DNA of 64,000 nt from contig CBDCTJ010000007.1 of the NCBI GenBank assembly GCA_965222115.1, positions 2,848,001-2,912,000 of the forward strand, read 5' to 3'. Position numbers and translations under genes: made by a program. This document shows, piece after piece, positions 56,803 through 64,000 of the stretch. The number at the start of each line of letters is the position of its first letter. Position 1 is the stretch's first letter. The notes beneath the pieces are model-generated. The model did no database searches, had not been told where the DNA came from, and saw only the letters and a list, made by a program, of their open reading frames with translations. This DNA comes from Planctomycetota bacterium. GTDB taxonomy: Bacteria > Planctomycetota > PLA2 > JAEUHO01.

Positions 56803-58497
56803 CTAATTGCCTGGGGGATCAAGGGGTGGCAGGGGTGGCGGCAACACGGTGGCCGATGGGGCACCGTCGGAGCGTGGTTGCGGCGGTAGTAAGGGCGGTA
56901 ACGAAGACGGAGCGGCGCTTGGTGTACTGGTAGCTGGATTTGGAATCGCGCGCGGGGGAAGCGGCGTTACTGGTGCGGGGACGGGTGTTGTCGCACGAGG
57001 TCCCATTGGTAAAGCAGGTGAGTTCGGTGCGCGAGGAAGAGGCGTCCCGCCCGGCGGGTGCGGCGTGAAAGGTGCCACAGGTATCAAACCGGGAGGTGCG
57101 CCGTAGCTTCGAGGCGGAATTGCGCTTGGTGAACTCGCTGAAGGAGCACTCACGACACCCGAAGAAGCACGAGGGGGAATAGGTGCACCTCGCTCGGAAA
57201 CTGGCGATCCACCGGGAGGAGGCACAGGGCTTCCAGGTCCCATAGCACCGGGATCATCAAGTGTGGGCAGCGGTGGTTGACGATCCGCGATTGGAGGGCC
57301 GCGTCCAGGTGCGGGCGGCACGGGCGTCTCTAGCGGTGGAAGTGGCTCGTCATTGGAACCACCGGGACCTTCAACCGGCGCGGGCGGACCCGGCGGGCGG
57401 TCGTCGCGTTCGGGCTGATCGTCTTCACGAGCCCGCTCGTCGTCATCTTCACGCTCTTCACCGTCGTCGATAAGGCTCTCGGCAAGTTGTGGATACCGCG
57501 CCGAAGCCCAGCGTGCCCACGTTGCGCGCCGCCTCCCATAGTCTCGGCCCGCAATGCGTGTCAATGCCTGCCGTGACTTGTGGCGAAGTGTGGGATCCTC
57601 GTCGTCGAGAATCGGAAGTAGCGCCGCGACACCCTCAGCCGTACCCATCTTACCTAGGTACTCAACCGCCTCGGCCCGCACTTGCCAATCGTGCTCAACT
57701 TCCATGCGCGCGAGTACTGCTTCCATGGCCGATTCGTCACCAAGCAGTTTGATGCCGAGCACCGATTCGCGGCGCACGTGATCGGACGGCGCCTCCAATG
57801 CCTCTTGCAACGAGAGCTCAATCGAGCGCCGCATGCGTTTAACAAGGGCCGTGTCGATAGCGCGTCTCAGCTCCGGATCTTTCGCATCAATAAGAAAGTC
57901 ACGCGTAGCGAACGGGCGCAACGCATCGCGCGCGAGCTTGGCACGCTTGATGTCGGCGTCGCCAATGGTTGTAACAATCTGCGTCGTCCGCTGTACGGAA
58001 GTGGCATCACGCGGCGCGCCGTTCTCGTCGTGCAGGCCATCCATTTCTCGCACGAGGGCAAGAAACGTATCGCCGCGTTCTTCGGTTCCGGTCGCAGGCG
58101 CGTCATAGGGAGGCATTTTGAGCGCGAGTTTGGTCAACGTATTCGCTGCGTGTGTCTGGGCCATCGCCGAGGGGTCGTCGGCCATAACTTCACCGAGCAA
58201 CACCACCACTTGCGCCTGACCCTCAAGTCGGCTGTATTGCACGTCGCCGAGTTTCTGAATCGCATCGACGACTTTGTCCACCAGGAAGGGATCTTGGGTG
58301 GAAAGGTAAGCCCCGCGCTCGCGACGGGTATCGTGATTGTTCTTCACGAGCGTGTAGTAGTAGTCCGGATCGCGATCCTGAGCGAGCACGTCGTAGATCA
58401 ACGTGTCGGTGAAACTACCGCCGCCAAGCTTTTTGGAGCGGGTGCTGCAACCAGACGCAACAAGCAAGGTCAAACACGAAACCACGAGAACGCGCAC
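56803..58497 (-). CDS. HEAT-repeat lipoprotein with acidic and Pro-rich C-terminal tail
   Basis: GGAG + GTG at 58497; lipobox ASG-C; VRAEAVEYLG and LDDEDPTLR..ALTRI..W..W. Confidence 0.78.
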   Translation of the reverse strand: MRVLVVSCLTLLVASGCSTRSKKLGGGSFTDTLIYDVLAQDRDPDYYYTLVKNNHDTRRERGAYLSTQDPFLVDKVVDAIQKLGDVQYSRLEGQAQVVVLLGEVMADDPSAMAQTHAANTLTKLALKMPPYDAPATGTEERGDTFLALVREMDGLHDENGAPRDATSVQRTTQIVTTIGDADIKRAKLARDALRPFATRDFLIDAKDPELRRAIDTALVKRMRRSIELSLQEALEAPSDHVRRESVLGIKLLGDESAMEAVLARMEVEHDWQVRAEAVEYLGKMGTAEGVAALLPILDDEDPTLRHKSRQALTRIAGRDYGRRRATWARWASARYPQLAESLIDDGEEREDDDERAREDDQPERDDRPPGPPAPVEGPGGSNDEPLPPLETPVPPAPGRGPPIADRQPPLPTLDDPGAMGPGSPVPPPGGSPVSERGAPIPPRASSGVVSAPSASSPSAIPPRSYGAPPGLIPVAPFTPHPPGGTPLPRAPNSPALPMGPRATTPVPAPVTPLPPRAIPNPATSTPSAAPSSLPPLLPPQPRSDGAPSATVLPPPLPPLDPPGN

Positions 58498-58792
58498 GAC
58501 ACACTCCGCACCACGTCGCCGTGCGACCCGCCGGGGCCACACCGCGCGAACCTGGGACTGGCAGGATGGACAACCGTCCAGACGCGCCAAGATACCCGCC
58601 CCCCGGCCGAATCTTCGGGTTCGAATTTTGGCGTCCGCCCCCGCAGACTTCCGCTCCACGGCTGTGACAGGAGCGAGACAATAGAAATTTCGAAAGAACT
58701 GAGCCCCCACGCTGAAATCGTCGATTCAATAGAGGCTGGTGCTCGGGCGTTGACGGCAGATCCTCGGTATGCACAGTGACTAGGTAGGCCCT

Positions 58793-60670
58793 ATGCTCTA
58801 TCGCACACGCCATGCGCTTCTGGTTGCGCTCATTCTCGCCATGACTTCTGGCTGCGGCGGCTCGGGTTCAAGTTCGCCCCCAGCACCCCCCGCGCCAACA
58901 GCTCTGAGCCTTGCGCCGCTTGTCTCGGGTACAGAAGCAAGCAGTCATTCGCTCTCGTTTCCGACGCCTGGCTTTGACGGCCACAGTGTCGTTGCCGCCC
59001 AGGTGACCGGTCCTCTCGCATTGGCAGCCAGCCAATTCCCGGTTCCGGTGAGTGCGGATGCCGCGAGCCTTACGGTCACGTCCACTCCCGTTGCACCGGG
59101 CCGCCTTGAAGGCGTCGTCACCTTGACCCTTGAACGAGCCGGTACGCAGGCAAGCCGCGTCTACGTGGTCTCCACGCGCGTGGAAGTGCCGGATGCGCGC
59201 CTCGCCGAATCGACGTTGGATTTCGGCGCGGTCGGCACCGGCGAAACCGCTCGCAGAACCGCAACTGTTTTCAACGACAGCGAAGTCTCAACGCTAACGC
59301 TCAGCACCTTCTCGATCGAACACAGCGCGCTTTCGCTGGTGTCCCCCACGCTGCCTGCCCGCGTAGATCCCGGCGAACGTCTCGCACTTGAATTCGAGCT
59401 TGCGCCCCAAGCGCAAACCGTGCTGAATGAGACCGTGCAACTCGACGTGGGACTTTCATCATCCCTTCTCCTTTCGTTGCAAAGCACATCCACACTCGGT
59501 GGCAGCGAGCAAGTGGTTGAATACGGTGTGCAAACGATTGGCAGCGACGGCAACACAGCCGAACTCACGGTAGATGTTCCCGCCGATGCGATTTCACTCA
59601 CGTTCGAAGCCGAAGGCAGTCCGTCGGACCGCATGGGCCTGGGCTTTCTCGTTGGCCCCGGGAATCGTGTTTACGAGAACCTCATTCTCACAGGCGCCTA
59701 CATATGGCAGCAGCAGTTTGAGCACTTCTCTACAACGGTGCCCAACACCGATCGCAGTGCCACACAGCTTGTGTCCGGCGGTGGCACGTATCGTTTTCGA
59801 CTTCGCAAACTCTCCGGTCCTTCAAGTGCGCTGACGGTGCGCGTGCGCATTGAACGGCGCGATGATGTAGTGCTTGTACCCAACGTATTGCCGCTCAATG
59901 TGTGGATGGCGCCGGGGCTTTCGGTAAACGCGGCGGGCGCCGCCACCGACACCCGCATGCAGGCAATCCTTGCGCGCGTTGACGCCATCCTGGCAGTAAA
60001 GAACATACGGCTTGGTGACATCGACTATTACAACCTCACCAACAGCGCTCACAACGTCATTGATTCCTCGGCAGAGCTTCAGTCCATTGCCCGGCTCTCA
60101 AGTAGCGCTCAGGAAGACCGCCTCAATCTCGTGTTTGCGGAGACTGTCCTCGGCGGCGGCGTAGTGGGCGTTGCGCTGCGTGTCGCAGGTCCGAAGAAGA
60201 AGGGCAGTCCGTTTGCAGCCGTCGCATCGATCTACGAAGGCAGTACCGCCAACTTTATTGGCCTTGTTGCGGCACATGAACTGGGACATTTCCTTGGTCT
60301 CTTTCACACCACCGAGCAAAATGGATCCCACGACTTCATCGACGACACGCCGGAGTGTCCTGCGAGTGGTGCCGGCGGTCCTTGCAGTACGCCCGGCGGT
60401 GGCATGCTAATGCACTGGCAGGCGGTCGGGGGAACGACGATCACAGATGGGCAGGCGTTGGTGCTTCGCGGTCACCCCTACATTGAAGCGGGCACGAATA
60501 CCGCCGAGCGACAGGCACTACGCAAAGCCTCGACCCGAAGTCGTTCTACTGCCCTCATTCCCTGGGGATCGGTGGACGATGCTGCGGCAGCGCTGGCCGG
60601 TGATTGCTGGTGCGGGTCGTGTCGTTCAGCTCGGGGGAAACGCGCGAGATCGCCCGCGGACGCCAAGTAG
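58793..60670 (+). CDS. Lipoprotein with Ig-like domain and metzincin (M43-like) metallopeptidase domain
   Basis: Lipobox TSG-C; LDFGAV...TVFN Ig-like domain; HELGHFLGLFH; Met-turn MLM. Confidence 0.82.
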   Translation: MLYRTRHALLVALILAMTSGCGGSGSSSPPAPPAPTALSLAPLVSGTEASSHSLSFPTPGFDGHSVVAAQVTGPLALAASQFPVPVSADAASLTVTSTPVAPGRLEGVVTLTLERAGTQASRVYVVSTRVEVPDARLAESTLDFGAVGTGETARRTATVFNDSEVSTLTLSTFSIEHSALSLVSPTLPARVDPGERLALEFELAPQAQTVLNETVQLDVGLSSSLLLSLQSTSTLGGSEQVVEYGVQTIGSDGNTAELTVDVPADAISLTFEAEGSPSDRMGLGFLVGPGNRVYENLILTGAYIWQQQFEHFSTTVPNTDRSATQLVSGGGTYRFRLRKLSGPSSALTVRVRIERRDDVVLVPNVLPLNVWMAPGLSVNAAGAATDTRMQAILARVDAILAVKNIRLGDIDYYNLTNSAHNVIDSSAELQSIARLSSSAQEDRLNLVFAETVLGGGVVGVALRVAGPKKKGSPFAAVASIYEGSTANFIGLVAAHELGHFLGLFHTTEQNGSHDFIDDTPECPASGAGGPCSTPGGGMLMHWQAVGGTTITDGQALVLRGHPYIEAGTNTAERQALRKASTRSRSTALIPWGSVDDAAAALAGDCWCGSCRSARGKRARSPADAK

Positions 60671-60721
60671 CACGTTTTCGGTCCGCCGGAAGACGCGCTT
60701 CGGGTAGCCTTCGGTCCCCGT

Positions 60722-60809
60722 GCCGAAGTGGCGGAATTGGCAGACGCGCTAGGTTCAGGACCTAGTGGGCTTTATGCCCTTGTGGGTTCGAGTCCCACCT
60801 TCGGCACCA
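60722..60809 (+). tRNA. tRNA-Leu(CAG)
   Basis: Acceptor stem GCCGAAG/CTTCGGC + ACCA; anticodon arm CTAGG-TTCAGGA-CCTAG; long variable arm; GGTTCGAGTCC. Confidence 0.97.
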
Positions 60810-60892
60810 ATCCATCGTCCGCGCCCGTGCTTCTCCGATGAACGCCAGGTTGGACGCACGCAACTTGCCGATCCTGCCCGGAGGACATTTCC

Positions 60893-61246
60893 ATGCTTAC
60901 CTATGATCCCCAAGCCGTCGCCGAATACGCCAACGACCTAGACGGCAAAGCCGACTGGGCTCGACTCCGATTCGGCCTAATCTACGCGTTCTTTGGTGCG
61001 GTCCTTTCATTGATGGTCATGCCAGCTCTGAACGAAATGTTTGCGGACTCGGGCATTGGCATGCTGCGACACTGGACCATGGGTAAGTGGAGCGTCCTTG
61101 GTTGCACCCTCGCTGGATTCATTTTGGGATGGGACGCTGGCGCATCGCGCGCCTCTTCGCTGCGACTCGAAGCACAGAATGTGCTCTGCCAAGTTGAAAT
61201 CGAGCGCAACACGGCGGGCGCGCCGGTTGCAGGTGAGAGCGCCTAG
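60893..61246 (+). CDS. Small two-TM hypothetical protein
   Basis: GGAGG RBS; two hydrophobic segments; C-terminal LEAQ..LCQVEIERNT. Confidence 0.7.
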   Translation: MLTYDPQAVAEYANDLDGKADWARLRFGLIYAFFGAVLSLMVMPALNEMFADSGIGMLRHWTMGKWSVLGCTLAGFILGWDAGASRASSLRLEAQNVLCQVEIERNTAGAPVAGESA

Positions 61247-61377
61247 CCCAAGTCGCAATTTGCGGGGGGCGCGTTTCACGATCGACGCGCCACTCAACCG
61301 TCCCACGACGTGACAGTTCCACTACGCCTCGAATAAGCCTCGCCACCGAACACTGATGGCGTGAGCGGACAATTGCA

Positions 61378-64000
61378 ATGAACGCCGAAGAACCTGCGGC
61401 CTCAGGCGCCTCAGGGAATTGCTCGCTGGAACCACTCACCGCCGGGCTACCGGACTGCCTGCTGCGAGATCGCCATCGACTGGGTAAACGCATCGATGCG
61501 CTGCGGCGCCAAGAAGTCGATGACAATTCGCTTGCCAAGCAGTTCGAGAGCCTCGTTCGGGACATTCAGGCAAGTAGGCGGCGTGTGGAAGATCGACGAG
61601 CCGCCCGCCCCGCGATCGCGTATGACGACGCTCTCCCAATTGCCGCCAAACGCGAGGCAATCCTCGATGCGATTCGCGATCATCAAGTGGTTGTCATCTG
61701 CGGTGAAACCGGATCGGGTAAGACCACGCAGATTCCAAAGATCTGCCTCGAACTGGGACGCGGGGTGTTTGGTTCCATTGGGCACACGCAACCGCGACGC
61801 ATTGCTGCACGGAGCGTTGCGCGGCGGATTGCCGAAGAGCTCGGATGCCGTGTGGGATCGTACGTGGGTTGGAAGGTCCGCTTCGACGACGAAACGAGTA
61901 AAGACACATGCGTCAAGCTGCTTACTGACGGCATGTTGTTGGCCGAGACACAGCGCGATCCCCTCCTTGAGCAGTACGACACCATCATTATTGACGAAGC
62001 CCACGAGCGAAGCCTCAATATTGACTTTCTATTGGGTTACATGAAGGGGCTCCTGCCCTTGCGCCCTGAACTCAAAGTGGTGATCACGAGCGCGACGATC
62101 GATCCGGATCGGTTCAGCGAACACTTTGGCGATGCACCCATCATTGAAGTGAGCGGACGCACGTTTCCAGTGGACGTTCGTTATCGCCCGGCACCGGTGG
62201 ATGACGACGAGGAACTCGCACTTGAGAGGCAAGTGGTGCTCGCCTGCGAAGAACTCATGTCGGAGGGGCGCGGCGATATCCTTGTGTTTCTATCCGGGGA
62301 ACGGGAGATCAACGAGTGCCGCGAAGCGCTGGAAGACAAAAGTTTTCCAAAAACGCGCGTGCTCCCGTTGTACGCCCGACTATCGAGTAAAGACCAGCAA
62401 CGCGTGTTTCAACCGCACGATGAACGACACATCGTCTTAGCAACCAACGTGGCGGAGACTTCGTTGACCGTGCCGGGGATTCGGTACGTCATCGATTCGG
62501 GACGAGCCAAGGTCAGTCGCTACAGTGCCCGTGCCAAGATTCAACGCCTGCCCGTGGAACGCGTTAGTCAGGCCTCCGCAAAGCAGCGCGCGGGCCGCTG
62601 TGGCCGCTTGGAAGACGGCATCTGCATTCGTCTATTTGACGAAGAGGACTTTGAACGCCGGCGCGAGTTCACGCAACCCGAGATTCAACGCACCAACCTC
62701 GCAAGCGTCATCTTGCAGATGAAATCATTAGATCTTGGCGATATAGAGGCCTTTCCATTCATTGATCCGCCGAGCAATCAACTCATTCGCGATGGCTACC
62801 AAACCCTATTTGACTTGGGTGCCGTGGGCGAAGATTTAAGGCTCACCGCAATCGGCCACCAGCTTGCGCGGCTTCCCATTGATCCGCGCGTGGGCCGCAT
62901 TCTGCTGGAGGCGAGTCGGCTCGGTTGCCTGTCGGAAATGCTCACGATTGCCGCCGCGCTGTCTGTCCAGGATCCCAACGTGCGCCCGAGTGACCGCAAG
63001 CAGGACGCCGACCGCGTCCACGCCCGCCACCAACATCAGGCATCCGATTTTCTCAGCTATCTCGTTCTCTACCGTGCCTACGAAACCAAGCGAAACGATG
63101 GAACTCGATCTGCGCTTAGACGCTGGTGTCGCAAGAACTACCTCTCCTATCCGCGCATGCGCGAGTGGGAGGACTTGCGGCACCAAGTGGCCGAGCTGGT
63201 CGAACGCATGGATTGGCCGCTAAACGAAGGCAAGGCTCCGGATGACGACATTCACCGCGCGGTCATTCCCGGGTTCGTGCGTCATGTGGCCATTCGCGGC
63301 AAAGGGCACGCCTACTTGGGCACCAAGAATGTGCAGGTCTTTGTGTTTCCCGGCTCCACGCTCTTCGCGGTGAAACCGAAGTGGATAATTTCTGCAGAAC
63401 GTGTGGAAACAACACGGCTCTATGCACGCATCGTGGCGCCCATTAGGCGCGCGTGGATTGAGCCGTACGCCGCTCACCTGGCCAAACGCACCTATTCCGA
63501 CGCACACTTCGACGAAAAACAGGGGCACGTCCTCGCCTTTGAACGCATTACGCTTGATGGCCTGGTGCTCGTCAAACGTAGGCGTGTGCATTTTGGTCGC
63601 ATCAACCCCAAGCGCTCTCGAGAGATTTTCATTCGACACGCGCTGGTACTTGGTCGCTACAAAACCAACGCACCGTTTGCGCGACACAACGCCAGCGTTA
63701 TTGGCGACGCAAAGGAACTCGCCATACGGGTCCGCGATCGCACTCTTGAACTCGACGGAGACGATCTCTTCGCGTTCTTTGACAGCGTGGTGCCTGCCGA
63801 TGTGGTGGGACGCAAGAGCTTTGAACGCTGGCGGCGGCATGTGGAAGCGGATAACCCAACCGCGCTATTCCTTCCTCGCGACGAAATGTTGCGCACGGCA
63901 ACCGGCCGCATGACGCCGGAGGAAATTCGCACCGCATTTCCAGATGCGATTGTTCAAGGGGGAACGCGGCTTGAATTGGCATACCGCTATCAACCAGGTC
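61378..64000 (+). CDS. hrpA: ATP-dependent RNA helicase HrpA (3'-truncated by the window edge; absent from the ORF track)
   Basis: Read from DNA: GETGSGKTTQIPK, TQPRRIAA, IIDEAHERS, TSAT, ATNVAETSLT and QRAGRCGR. Confidence 0.93.
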   Translation, partial: MNAEEPAASGASGNCSLEPLTAGLPDCLLRDRHRLGKRIDALRRQEVDDNSLAKQFESLVRDIQASRRRVEDRRAARPAIAYDDALPIAAKREAILDAIRDHQVVVICGETGSGKTTQIPKICLELGRGVFGSIGHTQPRRIAARSVARRIAEELGCRVGSYVGWKVRFDDETSKDTCVKLLTDGMLLAETQRDPLLEQYDTIIIDEAHERSLNIDFLLGYMKGLLPLRPELKVVITSATIDPDRFSEHFGDAPIIEVSGRTFPVDVRYRPAPVDDDEELALERQVVLACEELMSEGRGDILVFLSGEREINECREALEDKSFPKTRVLPLYARLSSKDQQRVFQPHDERHIVLATNVAETSLTVPGIRYVIDSGRAKVSRYSARAKIQRLPVERVSQASAKQRAGRCGRLEDGICIRLFDEEDFERRREFTQPEIQRTNLASVILQMKSLDLGDIEAFPFIDPPSNQLIRDGYQTLFDLGAVGEDLRLTAIGHQLARLPIDPRVGRILLEASRLGCLSEMLTIAAALSVQDPNVRPSDRKQDADRVHARHQHQASDFLSYLVLYRAYETKRNDGTRSALRRWCRKNYLSYPRMREWEDLRHQVAELVERMDWPLNEGKAPDDDIHRAVIPGFVRHVAIRGKGHAYLGTKNVQVFVFPGSTLFAVKPKWIISAERVETTRLYARIVAPIRRAWIEPYAAHLAKRTYSDAHFDEKQGHVLAFERITLDGLVLVKRRRVHFGRINPKRSREIFIRHALVLGRYKTNAPFARHNASVIGDAKELAIRVRDRTLELDGDDLFAFFDSVVPADVVGRKSFERWRRHVEADNPTALFLPRDEMLRTATGRMTPEEIRTAFPDAIVQGGTRLELAYRYQPG

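Noticed and set aside
57682-58779. 365-aa plus-strand ORF, and similar long antisense ORFs such as 12543..13607 and 11479..12246
   Set aside because: Shadow ORFs opposite well-supported genes, as expected in GC-rich DNA
60722-60809. tRNA-Leu as an integration site for a mobile element
   Set aside because: No integrase nearby, and I saw no duplicate of the tRNA 3' end in the window

Overview
GC-rich bacterial chromosomal window. The gene content (HEAT/VWA secreted proteins, a giant FecR-VIT-VWA-TPR protein, two kinase-type ECF sigma factors, AsmA, KdsD) suggests a diderm, probably Planctomycetota-like, organism; this is an inference. It holds about 42 CDS and one tRNA-Leu(CAG). I saw no CRISPR array, integrase or transposase. 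Housekeeping genes include acnA with an Nfu carrier, PMM/PGM, kdsD, a PfkB kinase, DUF368, an ABC-2 trio and a truncated hrpA that the ORF track misses. The most unusual elements are: (1) two divergent ECF sigma factors around an apparently cytoplasmic Ser/Thr kinase-NTPase-like-TPR protein, flanked by a small secreted protein and a 3039-aa VIT/VWA/TPR protein; (2) a ComEC whose usual nuclease domain is replaced in frame by a DUF92 domain, with promoter- and RBS-like signals in the linker; (3) a free-standing archaeal-type ThrRS editing domain; (4) an oxidoreductase/radical SAM/NUDIX operon; (5) a degenerate HD-GYP regulator near a PilZ gene and a G-quadruplex-like heptamer repeat. All family calls come from recognising motifs by eye, not from database searches.
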